Below are positions 40,559 to 54,110 of a DNA stretch of 64,000 bases, piece by piece (within the stretch, counting starts at the first letter, position 1; the number at the start of each line of letters is the position of its first letter). The stretch covers positions 52,328,001 through 52,392,000 of the forward strand of contig NC_043002.1 in NCBI RefSeq assembly GCF_006345805.1. The letters are read 5' to 3'. The notes under the pieces were generated by a model. The model was not told the origin of the DNA, did not search any database, and saw only the letters and a program-made list of their open reading frames with translations. The stretch comes from Octopus sinensis. Its lineage: Eukaryota. The translations under genes were made by a program, and so were the position numbers.

Positions 40559-40809
40559 AATAAGGACATTACCATTTGAATGTAGCTAGGGACAGGGCAG
40601 GGCAGTGGGGGTGTTACTGATGCATTTAGCCCAGGCGATCATCAACGTCACCATATAGGCTGACACCATCACCTTTGCAGGATAGAGGACACCGTGATGG
40701 TGTCAGCCTATCTGGTGACGTTGATGATCGCCTGGGGCTAAATGCATCAGTAACACCCCCACCGCCCTGCCCTGTCCCTAGCCACATTCAAATGGCTAAT
40801 GTCCCTTAT
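40559..40809. repeat. ~250 bp fold-back element (two ~115 bp inverted arms, 21 nt spacer), MITE-like
   Basis: 40559-40672 is the reverse complement of 40694-40809 apart from about 6 substitutions or indels. Confidence 0.92.
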
Positions 40810-41223
40810 GTGATGGAGCAGTTACTGTCTATATCTCGTTTAGAGAATTATTATTGCTATATATATATATATATATATCAATATATATACATATATATTA
40901 ATACATATATACTTATATATAAATGTGTGTGTGTGTGTGTGTTTCGTTTGAATGTATGTGTGCGTGTGAGTGTCTTGTTCACATTGTAACTAGGATCGCT
41001 TGGCGTTACATAATCAGGTTTACTCTGTGTCGCGCAACGAATACAATAGAGAATGAACATTATTCATTACATAATTAATTACTCTAAGGTTGCGAGCGAC
41101 CATTTGTCTCTCCGTCTGCCTCTATGTATGTGTGTATGTGTGTGCTTTGCTGTAAGAAGTTTGCTTCCCAACCAAATTGTTCTAGTTTCACTCTCATTGC
41201 ATGGCGCCTTGGGTGACTAAAGC

Positions 41224-41254
<31 letters not shown>

Positions 41255-41824
41255 TCACGTATGTTTATCACCTTCACTGCTTGTCAACCGGTGCTGGTTT
41301 GTTTACGTTCTCGTAACTTAGCGGCTCGGCAATGAGACGGTTTTAATTTGTACCAGACTTACAAACAATAAGTACTGGGGTCGATTTGTTCTACTAGACC
41401 CTACCAGACATTGTCACAGCATGGCCGCAGTCAAATGACTGAAACAAGTAAAAGAATGTATGTGTGTGTGTATGTGTATCACCATTAGAGAGCGGCGACG
41501 AATAATCGGATACACGAGCATACATACATACATAATACATACATCTTTTCTCTTTTTTTTCTTTTTTTACTTGTTTCAGTCATTTTGACTGCGGCCATGC
41601 TGGAGCACCGCCTTTTAGTCGAGCAAATCGACCCCGGGACTTATTCTTTGTAAGCCTAGTACTTATTCTATTGGTGTTCTTTTGCCGAACCGCTAAGTTA
41701 CGGGGACGTAAACACAACAGCATCGGTTGTCAAGCGATGTTGGGAAGACAAACACAGACACACAAACACACACACATGACCGCAGTCAAATGACTGCAAG
41801 TAAAAGAGTAAAGAGTAAATATGT

Positions 41825-42240
41825 GCAGGCGTGGCTGTGTTGTAAGAAGCTTCATACCCGACCACATGGTTCCAGGTTCAGTCTCACTGCATGGCATCTT
41901 GGGCAAATATCTTCTACTATAGCTTCGGGCCGACCAACACCTTGTGAGTGGTTTTGGTAGACGGAAACTGAAAGAAGCCCGTCGTATAAGTATACACATA
42001 TATGTGTGTGTGTGTATGTGTGTGCTTCCTCCACCATCGCCATCGTATGACAACCGATGCTGCTGTGTTTATGTCCCCGTAAGCTAGCGGTTTGGCAAAA
42101 GAGACCGATAGAATAAGTACAAGGTTTACAAAGAATAAGCCCTGTGGGTAGATTTCTTCGACTAAAAAGCATTTTTAAGGCGGTGCTCCAGCATGGCTGT
42201 AGTCAAATGACTGAAGCAAGTAAATAAAAATAAAAGAATA
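41825..42240 (+). mobile_element. SINE family A copy, next to an oppositely oriented 3' half-copy at ~41560-41770
   Basis: Homology to 26232-26726. Confidence 0.85.
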
Positions 42241-42365
42241 TATATATTTATACATATGTTTTTATTCTTACACTATTTCTGTGTAATGTTCACACATACG
42301 ATCTGTACGTCTCTCACTCTTTGTCCTTCTCCCTTTATCTCTTTCCTTCCCCTTGCTTATGTAGC

Positions 42366-42420
<55 letters not shown>

Positions 42421-43513
42421 GTTCAACTAAACACGAACAGAAACGATTTAAATATAATCAAAATGATTATTTGATTGCCTTCTTTTTATTTTCATGTTGT
42501 TTTTGTTCTTGTTGTTGCAGCTGTTGTAGCTTTTGACATCGATGCATTGTCGTTTTTCTTTTGTTTTCTATCGTCATTACTGTTCGTTTTTTTTTTTATC
42601 GTGTTTCCGTTATAATTTGTTTCTTTGTCTATGTATCTCACACTGTGTGTGTGTCCCTCTCTTTTCCCCCTCTCTTTCTCTCATCTCTCTTCTGTATATA
42701 TATATATATATATATGTTTTGTTGTTTCTTTCTGTCGTCTCTTTTCTGTTCATCGCCGTTTTGCTTTTACTTTTTTATTTATTTATTTATTCATTGATTT
42801 CTTTATTTGCATCGTTGTTTGTTTCCACATCGACAAGGAATCTGAACTAAATGTGTATCAGTCGGAATTGGTTGGATCCAAAATATGTCTCCCCACACTC
42901 ACTCCTTATGCATATGTGTATTGTATGCGTATGTGTACGTGTCTTCTGTGTGTGTTAATGTGGTCTTGTAACAAAAACTCTATTTTTCTAGTGTGCATTT
43001 AAGACAGTCTTCGATGTATGTATTTGTGTGCGTGCGTTTGTGTGCATGCGTCTGGCAAATTCATAAATATTCAAAGGAAATTCCGTCGGTTAAACGAAGC
43101 AATTTAGTGTCTTGATTCCGAAGATTACATTAGAATGACCTGATAGATGGCGTCTCGGTCCGAATTTTAATCAGTGAAACGTAAACGGAGACAGCGATGA
43201 ACCCGCAGAGGTTCAGGCGCATTTGGGGTCATTAAAATGAAGTGAAAGTGAAAGAACGAAAAGAAAGAGAGAAAGAATGATGGAAGAAAGAATCAGAGTT
43301 ATTGGAAGTTTATTCCTAATCCTTTAATGAACACCAAGATTCCCTCCAATTAGTTTAATACTGATAAGATAATGGCAATGGCATGTCGTGCATACATACT
43401 TGTTTACCGCTGAACATATATACATATGTATATATATATCTATTATGTATACATGTATTATATATATATATCTATGTTTGTATGTATATATATATATATA
43501 TATCTGTTTGTCT

Positions 43514-43613
43514 NNNNNNNNNNNNNNNNNNNNNNNNNNNNNNNNNNNNNNNNNNNNNNNNNNNNNNNNNNNNNNNNNNNNNNNNNNNNNNNNNNNNNNN
43601 NNNNNNNNNNNNN
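43514..43613. other. Assembly gap (exactly 100 N)
   Basis: Run of 100 n, typical of a scaffolding join of unknown size. Confidence 0.99.
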
Positions 43614-44032
43614 GGTAGTGACTTATTGAAATATTATACTGTTAAATTTTCGTAATGCAAATATGTAAATGAAAATAAAGTTTATTTGGTAGCTGAAAGA
43701 TTACTGAATATTTTGATACTCCATACGTCAAAATCGGCAACTAAGTTTTCGAATCTTTAAAGAACATACATACACACACACAGAGAAAGAAACCTTGATT
43801 TATTATATAAGAATATATATATATGTGTGTGTATGTGCGTGTACTCGCGTGCAAGTGTCGATGCGCTGCAAGAACTGCCAACTGATGAAGCGTCGATTTT
43901 TATCTTACTTTTCCATTTGTTTCCCTCGTTGTTCGCAAAAAAGATTGTCTTCGTATTTCATCTGTTTATGCTTTGTGACGTTATGTACCCATATATGCAT
44001 ATATACATATATATGTCAGTATGTACATATAT

Positions 44033-44091
<59 letters not shown>

Positions 44092-44163
44092 ATATATATT
44101 ATATACTATATTTGTTCCACGTCCTCGCGTTGTTGTGTTTTTTTTGTGCTTTCATGTTTGGAT

Positions 44164-44203
<40 letters not shown>

Positions 44204-44604
44204 TAAATAAAACATATGCATATATATATAGATATATGTACGTACCTACCTCTACATGTATATATACACGCATATATGAGTACAGGACACCCCAAAAACG
44301 TCGAACACAATGAGAAACGAAAACATAGACACAAACCCAAGGAACTGGACGTTTTTCTTAAACAACAACAAAAAAAAAATAGTGTACAGGACAAATAACA
44401 CATGGAAAAAAAACCTTCTTCAGTCGCCATGGTTTCAACTACTCTACGTGGCGGGTTTCTTTACGTTTCCGTCTACCAAATTCACTGACAAAGTTGTAGC
44501 GGACCCAAAGCAATTACGAAACGCTTCCCAATATGTCGCGTAGTGGGACTGAACTCAGAAGGAGGTTGCTGTGAAGCAAATTTCGTATCACATAGTCACT
44601 TGTG

Positions 44605-44659
<55 letters not shown>

Positions 44660-45326
44660 AGAGAGAGAGAGAAAGAGAGAGAGCTAGAGAGAGAGAGAGA
44701 AGAGAGAGAGAGCAAGGAGTGAGAGAGGTGCGGAAACGCTGAAATATTCGTTCAGTAGATATTGACTAATACTAACTCACTGACCATAAATGTCCATCCT
44801 ACTAAAATCAAATATCGCAGTCGTGAATACACAAAGCAGTGAATCATTTTCCACGGTAATTATTACTCACTAATCAATAGTGAAATAACTAGTTTTGTTT
44901 TTCACTCTAATCGATGGTGTATTAAAATGATTGCATATTGGAGACTATTTCTAAAAACAGCTCACTAACTTAGAAAACTGGATATCCTTTGCTGCCTTTT
45001 CAGCTTCCGCGGCAGCTATACTAAGCGTTAAGATACGATGAATGCAGATTCCGCTACGTGGCCAAAGCAATTCTTTAGCCACATGAAGTGAACCTTCCCT
45101 TGTTTTTCTTTTATGCATATAGGTGAGAGTAAGAGAAACTTAGATTTATGGATAGATAGGTATAGCTAAATAGATAGATAAATTGATAGATAGGTAGATA
45201 GATAGATGGATAGAGACAAATAGCAAGAGAGAGGAGAGAAACAGATAGACGGAGAAAAAGGAAAACAATGTTTCTAAATGCACACACACACACACACACA
45301 CTAACGCGCTCTCTCTCTCTACCGCT

Positions 45327-45366
<40 letters not shown>

Positions 45367-45546
45367 TAGAGGTCCTCTTATGGTAAATACTGCAGTATTC
45401 TGCTTTCTAACACAACATCCACGCCAAGCTGGAGATGAATATTACTTATCGTTCTGGATGATAATTTTTTTTTGCCAAATACACACACGTACTATATATT
45501 CGTTCTTCACTAGCTTCATTATTGCTCTTATTTAGTCTCCTTTGTA

Positions 45547-45650
45547 TGAAATCTTTTGTTATACATCCTGTAACCTCTTCAGCAACTGTGCATCTCACTT
45601 GGTATAAAGAGTCGCTGAAGAGGTGACAGGATGTGTGACGAAAGATTTTA
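45547..45650. repeat. ~100 nt hairpin (37-41 bp arms, 22 nt loop)
   Basis: 45551-45587 vs 45610-45646: 32 Watson-Crick pairs, 3 G-U and 2 mismatches on the + strand. Confidence 0.85.
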
Positions 45651-46033
45651 AACAAGGAAGACTAAAATAAGAACAAAAGTAACGCTAAAGGGAAGAACCA
45701 ATGTATAGTACATTTGTTTATTTGGCAGAAAAAGATAAAAATGACCATACCGAAATATAACAATATGTGTTTCAACCTACGATTACACGTCAGGAATCTT
45801 GCTATGTCCACCGTAACTTAGCGGTTCAGCAAAAGTTTCACATAAACGTCATCATCAGCCTTATGCTCGAGGACATCCTCTCATTTATACATCTTGCTCA
45901 TCTCAAGTATTTGATATAAATTCAATTGATATTTGGAAGTGTTCTGTTTCCTGATGTGTTCACTGTAGCAGCTGTTCACTTCCAATACCGTACCTTCATC
46001 ATTATCAAACTAAAGCTAATACTGCGTTAAGTA

Positions 46034-46209
46034 CCTTATTAACTCGTGTATAAGTCGTGCTCATTATTTAGTGTTAAATATTGCTACGAAATATTTTCCC
46101 TTCATATTCAAACTTGATGTCAACTGTGCCCCCACCCTAACCTTAACCCCACTTATTTTACGTTAAAATAAAGTATAAAATAGTGCGACTTATACACGAT
46201 TAAATATGG
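46034..46209. mobile_element. Tc1/pogo-type MITE with TA target duplication
   Basis: TA|ccttattaactcgtgtataagtcg ... cgacttatacacgattaaatatgg|TA. Confidence 0.75.
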
Positions 46210-46419
46210 TATATTTGAAAAAAAAAAGGGGGGAGGTCTTCAATATAGGTGTCTTTGTTCACCAATCTGCTGTATCAGGCCTGATAGGGTTTCAACAACA
46301 ATAAAGGAGAATTAAAACTCGGCACCCCATCTGCCACATTAAATACACTGCGGGAAGTCACTCTATGCCGGGCAACAATTTCATCTTCAACATACTGGAT
46401 GCATGGTCGACAGCTTTTA

Positions 46420-46676
46420 TCTTGTGAAAGGTAGGAGAGTCCAGTTTGCTGGACATTGTTGTAGAGCTGAAAAAGAAGTAATTTCTACTCTTCTCCTCTG
46501 GAAGCCATCTACTCGCAATACCAGAGGGCGCACACTCTCCTACCCTGATGTAATCTCCAGGGATACAGGCATCCAGCAACAGGACCTCCGTAATGCCATG
46601 ATGGACCGTGAAGTCTGGCGTAGCATGGTAAATTCCATTGTCTCGACCACGGTCGAACAATGATGATGATGATTTA
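46420..46676 (+). mobile_element. RTE-like LINE 3' end with (GAT)n tail
   Basis: RRVQFAGHCCRA...LLLWKPS...RGRTLSYPDVISRDTG...LRNAMMDREVWRSMV*, followed directly by tgatgatgatgat. Confidence 0.85.
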
Positions 46677-47906
46677 TCTACTTGCCTCGATCTCTCAAGC
46701 AAAAACAATGACTATATCCTGAAATTTCCCCCTATTTCTTCCAACTTTTCTTTCATTTATCTTTCAGTTAATCTACTGACATTAAACAACAGATGTATTT
46801 TACATCTCTCAATAGCTTCTTTCTTATTTTCGTTCTCCATCTCAATTTGGTTATGTTATTTTTGTGCTATCCTTCAGAATCACTTTTTGCGTTTTGTTTT
46901 GTCTCAAACGAACAAAACTTCTAAATATATTCACCAGACTATCTTATATTTATATTTTACCATTTATTCTCGTCAAGCAGCCCATCGCCAGCCTACACAT
47001 TTAGAGAGTATCATTCATTACATTAATAAATGCTTCCAGTTAAATACAGACATTTAAACAGAATTTAAATTTCGAATTTACTTCTTCACTCATATTTACA
47101 CATATTTATGCCGTAGGGGAATTCGAGAGAGACTGTTGGAGCAATGATAAAAGTTCTTTGATCGCACATCTTGCTTACAGCACAACTGAGATAACAGAAA
47201 CGTTATTGAACATATTTCATATGTTTTGATTGCAATTGCTGTTCTCTCGCTATGATTGGCTAGAGGCAGTTTAATGATTTTTCCGTCACAATAATTTCTG
47301 ATCGATCTTACTTTTTTAAGTTCTACATATCGAGAAACATGCACACACGCACATACATGCACGCGCGCGCACCCGTCCCCATCACATGCATATCTCTCAG
47401 CGATTGGGAAACTGTATTCATAGTGTAATTTAGTAAAGTTCGATTTAAAATGTTTAGAACTACAATTCACTGAAGGTGAATTGCGTTTGTTGTTTCATTC
47501 CGGATGTATGGTAAGTAGTGCATGCGTTTGATTCGTCTCATTGTATAGGATATAATTTGAGGAAGATTTTTCTGCTACTAAGAGATTTCTGGAGTTTCCA
47601 GAGGTTTGTGTTGATTCTTGTAGTTCCCGAGTTGAAAGAGTTGAGGTTGCAAATAACTGCGAAATTTTTGTTTTCTTACTTGGATTATATTTTAATCTTC
47701 ACCAGACGCACGCATTGGATTTACCGGTGTGATACCTAGAGTTTCTACACCAGCTGAATTTTGATCTTCTATGAGACTCCAGTTCAAGAGAGTAGATAAA
47801 CTCCATCTCGATGGAATGCTGCAATGGAAGTACTCTTTCACGACTATAATATATATATATATATATAAGTACATACTGCATGAATACATACATAGTACAA
47901 GCATGC

Positions 47907-47951
<45 letters not shown>

Positions 47952-48292
47952 TATATATATACAGTTTCCGCAGCAAACTCCAGCCTTTCACCCATGTGCA
48001 ACTCGTAACACCAGTCGTCTTTTTCTCTTTCCCTGTTGCCCGCTCTGGGATCTTTCTTTCCCTCTTTCCTTCTTTATGTTTCCGACGAATAGCTCCGCTC
48101 GAAACGTCATACCTCCCTGCTGCCTTTTCCTGATCGCCTATTAATAATATACTGTAATTGTTCATTGTTGTTGTTTTTTTTCGTTTCCCGTTTGGATTAA
48201 AATTATATATATATATAATATATATAAATATCAGTGCAAATCAGTGACCGATGGTCACTTTGTTTAGAATATATTGTTGGGTATCACTCTGG

Positions 48293-48360
48293 TCGCAGGT
48301 ACTCGCGGCTGAAGATGAGCCAAATAACTCGAAACTGAGTCAGTCTCGCGATCTTCTTAG
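48293..48360 (+). ncRNA. Type I hammerhead ribozyme, Schistosoma Sm-alpha-like
   Basis: Helix I TCGCGG/TCGCGA; core CTGAAGA(T); helix II GAG/CTC closing CCAAATAA; GAAA; helix III CTGA-G-TCAG; GTC cleavage triplet (cut after 48345). An upstream GCAGGTAC is present. Confidence 0.85.
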
Positions 48361-49108
48361 TTGCTAGAGGGTAGTAGAGGTTTGCTAGCAATATATTGTA
48401 TATAAAGGGTGCAGAGCCTTGCACCGATAACCAGCTACGGAGAATCTCCCTGGGCTTAAACTGGTACTAACATTCAACAGCCACTTTGGTGTGGCGACTA
48501 GTTTTACTGTTTAGTGTGAGTGTGTGTATATATATACCGGCAGGTAACATACTCAGTATGTCCCTTTGATTGATATATATTATAATACATTTTATAATTA
48601 TATAGATAATATATTTGTGCGTGTGTATGTGCGTATATATATATATATCTATATATATCTATTATAATATATATTAATTATATAATATATATATTATAAT
48701 ATTATATATATATATATCTATATATATATCTTATATATATATATATATATATAATGTATTATAATTTATATTAAAGGACTTACTGTGTATGTCTATCTGC
48801 TGGAATAACAGTCAAAACTCTTATTTAAATTGGCTATTTAAATAAGACTTTTGAGTATTATTTCCAGCAGGTAGACATACTCAGTATGCCCTTTGATTAG
48901 TATAAACTTTAATCCTTTAGATATTGAATGCTTTTTTTGGGCCTGCAATCATCTATATTATTGATTCTGTTATTAATTTAATTGTTAACCTTGATAATAA
49001 TAGTGTCAATAATATATTCGCAAATATTTTTCTCCTGAATTATTTGCTGCGGAAACTGTATATGTATATATATATATACACACATACATACATACATACA
49101 TACATACC

Positions 49109-49177
<69 letters not shown>

Positions 49178-50113
49178 ACACACATATATATTATATATAT
49201 ATATATATCGGATGACTTATCACATGGATTGAAGGATAGGGCGTAAAAAGGGTTAGTCTCATTTATACCTGTTGTACTACTTTTTACCCTATTATTTCTC
49301 TGGTTAACATCTCTTTCGTTGTGTCTGTTTCTGTTATTGGTGCTGCTGGTGGTGTTTCTATGTGTATTATTGTTGTCAGTAATGTTTATGTTGGTTTGCA
49401 TGTTTTCATAGTTGCTTTCGTTATTCTTGTTGCCATCCCCAATTGTGGTTGTTATTGTTGTTGTTACCGTTACTGCTGTTCGTAGTGGCATCAATCTTTG
49501 GTAAGTTGACCTTCCCCTCATCCGCATCCCCGTCGTTACTGCTGCTGTCCTCGATCCCCACTTTGATGTTCCTGTATCTTTGTGTATTTGTGTGTTCGTT
49601 CATGTTGCCATCATGATGGTTCTTGGTGTTGTTGTTCGTGTTGTAGATAGATATATAAATATATTTATATAGATATATGTGTGTGTTTGTGTGTATGTGT
49701 GTTACATAGACACGCACACACAGGCCTATGTGTATGTATATACACATATTAGTGAGTGTGTGTGTGTGTCTATGTATGTGCGTACATTGATTAACATATG
49801 TGAGATATATGATAGATCTCCGCCTCAGTCATATGTTAAGGATCACCATTCATTAGACCAAAATCCTTATTTATGTGCATCGCAATATCTCGGCAATTCA
49901 AATTTCTTTCTTTGCAGTATACTTCAGCAAATTCAAATCGCGTCTGCGTCAGGTAAAAGATAATCGAAATAGTAGACGATACACAAATGAACAAGAAGAG
50001 ACAGCGACCAAGGGACAAAGGATTTTGGGTCGGTCTTCTTCACATTTATTTCACTTAGACGATTCTTAGAACGCAGCTCACTGTTCCAGTCATGGTGGGT
50101 TTTTAATCAGTTG

Positions 50114-50236
<123 letters not shown>

Positions 50237-51482
50237 ACTGATATGTATATACATATAAAGAGGTATCTTTTATCTTTCACTTGATGCAGTCATTAGGCTG
50301 CGGCTATGCTGAGGCACCGCTTTGAAGAACTTTAGTCGAGCCAATCGACCCCAGTTCTTATTTTTTTAAGATCTCGGTCTTATTCTATTGTCTCTATTGT
50401 CGAACTACTAAGTTACAGGGGCGTAAACATATCGGTATCAGTTGTCAAGTAATGGTTTTGGACAAACGCACACACAACACACACACACACACACGCACAC
50501 ACACACACTCACACACACACACACAACTCGTACACACACACATGACAAGCTTCTTTGAGTTTTCGTCTTCAAAATCTACTCGAAATCACCATACAAACAC
50601 CAGTTGCCGACGTTACCTACATCTAGTCCAATGAAATTTTAAAAAACACCAGTTGATGACGCCACCTAACTTCAGACCAATCAAAACCTAACTTCAGCAA
50701 ATACAAAGAAATGATCCTTTATGAGAACGAACGAACTAACGAAAGAACGAACCAACGAACCAACCAACGAACCAACCAACCAACCAACAAACCAACCAAC
50801 CAACAAAACAAACCAAACCAACTAGCCAACCAGCCAACCAACAAACCGAAACGACTGATGAACGTCTCCACAGAGAAGCCAAACAAGCAGAACGACAAGC
50901 TTGACCACCAAAGAAACGTCACAAGTATTTTAAAGAATCAAAAATCAGATCCGTCCGCGGAAAAATTATAAATACATCTGATCCCAAAACATACCACTAC
51001 AAACAAAAGCGTCTACAGAAAGAGGATAAGAGAAACTGTAAACCAAATTCCCTTTTTTTACTCTTTTTATTTCTCCCTTGCTTTTCCCCCCTCTTAACTC
51101 AGTATAGCTTGTCGATCACTACTAACATTAATGAACGTTGTACATTCAAACTATCTGAAGTTTTAATATTATTGACTGCTATGAACATTCAAACTTGCAC
51201 CTGTCTTCCTAAGTCATAATGCTAAATATATGTTTTGAACATGTTAATTTGCCAACATTATAATTGTCAACATTATAATTTGTCAACATTGAGACTCTTA
51301 AAGATGTTTTTCTAATTCATAAATTTAAACTTTTACCATTGATAAAGAAAAAATATTGTTGAAACTAGTTTGGTATATATGTAAATAACTGTAATTTAAA
51401 CATTTACAAGATCTTGAATTTTAGGTGCATTTTCAACAAGACATTTCTCTATATTTTTCCTGCGTGGAAACATCCTCTTTGT

Positions 51483-51534
<52 letters not shown>

Positions 51535-52243
51535 TAAAAAATCTGCAAAGATATCACAAAAACTGTACATATAAGTTATTTGAATAACCGCATACACAAA
51601 ATTTGTTAAATATATATATATATTGGTATACGCGGAGATGTAAGACATATAAACATATGCATACCTATTTATACATACAACGCAAATTTAATCCTAAAAA
51701 TACATAGAACGATCATATTAAATGTATGCTATGTTTTCCCAAGTTATAAATTAAATATACATAGATACATAGATACACATACATACACGTAGTTACACGC
51801 ATATATTGATATATTCACTGAAGATATATTGTGCTGACATAGAATCAGAAGGCGAAGATTTTTCAAAGAACAACAATATAATTAAATAATAATTTGGCAT
51901 TTAATTATACTTTAAGCTGAAGACACCAAACGACCAGCGATTATTATTGGGCGTTTTCTAGGATAAGCCATTACTTCTTGATTGATTATGTTCTGGCATC
52001 AATAAACTATGCGGCCGTTGTTGGGAATACATCGTATACATATACATATGTATATAGCTACATGTATACCTATCTATTCAACTATATACACACATACACA
52101 CAAGATGTTAATCACTGACACACACACACGTACACACATGTATATACAAAATAATTAATATATATATATAGGTACAGGACGTCACCAACAGTGCAAATAA
52201 CATATATATACATACATATATACACATATATACACACACACAC

Positions 52244-52276
<33 letters not shown>

Positions 52277-52676
52277 TGTATATATGTATATATATGTATA
52301 CACACGCAATATATATATATATATATGTATACACACGCATACACACATATATATATATATATATATCGCTTTGAATATATAGGCTGGTATTGCCATAAAT
52401 GCTCAATCTAGTCGTAAATCACATTTAATTGAATTTCGGATGAAATACTGATGAATAAAACAGACTTAATGTAATACGAGTTAGTTTGTGCGTGTGTGTG
52501 TGTGTGTGTGTGTGTGCATGTGTTTGTGTTTGTGAATACATAAATGCCTATGTATGTATTATTCATATAGGTACATGTAATATATGCATATATATATAAA
52601 TCATAATTAGAAAATAATCATATGCACGAACTTTATATATATAATATATATATATGATATATATATGATATATATA

Positions 52677-52716
<40 letters not shown>

Positions 52717-53559
52717 TATATAATTATATAATATGTATGTATGCATGTTAATCCATCTATCCATGCATACATATACGTATATATATGTGTGTGTGTGTGG
52801 TGGTATGTATATATAATATATGTTAATATATATATATGTGTATATATATTTATATGTATGTTTGTGTGTTTGTATTTATGTATGTATATATGTATATGTA
52901 TACGTACATAATTATTTCTACGTACAAAGGGAAAATATATTTTTCAAGTTGATAGGTATTGGAGTATAAAGAGGTCATAAAGCGTTTGCTGAGATTTTTA
53001 TGTTGCTGCTAATTAAGGTTGCATATTTCTATGCAAAATCAAAGGTGCGTAGGTTGAACGTGAGTAGAATGAGGGAGAGGGAATGTAGAAATTTTACAGC
53101 TACATTTTTTTAGTCAAGCGGGGAGGGCAATGGTCATTATACCCATTCAATGTCTGCGCAACTGCTGGGTGTGCAGTAGGTTTATTTAAACGGGAGACGT
53201 GACTCAAAGACAACCTTGGATCAGGTGCTTATTTTAAACCAGACAACGGTTTATGTATAAAACCCATGACGGCCGTCACTAGACTTGATCTTAGATCTGG
53301 CGTATCTCACCGACACTCTAACGAGTCTAGGTTGGGTTACTACTTTATTTATGTAACTTTGGAGGACGAAAGGTCACATCGATCATGGTGGAATCTAAAC
53401 TTAGATCCCAAGGAATCAGAATGTATACGTTAAGGTATTTTGTGCGATATCCTATTGCGTCTGCCAGTTCGCTAAATATGCTTGGCCTCAATATCACAGG
53501 ATGTCTACTGTCCAATGTATATCTTCGACATAGAAAATAGATAAAGATTGGTCTTTCAC

Positions 53560-54110
53560 TTCATAGCCAGAAAATACCTCAACTTCCATCACCATCTTAT
53601 ACTCTAGGAAGCTTACACTGGTGTATTGCTGCCACATCTGGGACACAGCTGCCACTACATATACTGGCGCGCGAGACGGCATTTGGAGTGAAACCGGTCA
53701 GCACAATGGATTTATGTCTCACTCATGAACACACACTGTAGCTTTCAGCATGGACGTGCTCTTTCTGTTCCTCTCTGACTTTCTACTATTGTGACCTCTG
53801 CTCCAGCATGCTCGCTAGTCTCGTATAACCTCTACTTCAGCAATCTTGCCTCTATCATCTCTCCTCCTGTTGTCACTGGTATTGCCTTCAGTCTAGATCC
53901 CCAACACAAATATTTCCAGTCCTTCTTCCCCCGAACGTCAGTTTTCTGGATTCCCCATTTGTAAACATGCTTTGCTTACATCTGTCGACTTGCAGCGGTT
54001 CTAGATGGATGTGAGCCGTGTCGATCTCACTCGTCATAGTGGGGCTGCTAAAACCTTCGGCATACGTGCCTCTTTCGTCCAGATCAATTAAGTCATAGCA
54101 AAATAAAAAG
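53560..54110 (+). mobile_element. Decayed CR1/Jockey-type LINE 3' end
   Basis: Fragments LVYCCHIW, FYYCDLCSSMLASLV, KYFQSFFPRTSVFW and DLQRF...VSRVDL, then an A-rich end. Confidence 0.75.

Noticed and set aside
45830-45865. CTGATGA-TGAC...GT-GAAA on the minus strand
   Set aside because: Helix II is incomplete, and there is no helix III or NUH triplet.
47715-47790. Possible decayed hammerhead on the minus strand (...gaaga...tggtgta-GAAAC-tctag-gtatc)
   Set aside because: The CUGAnGA core is not intact; too degenerate to call.
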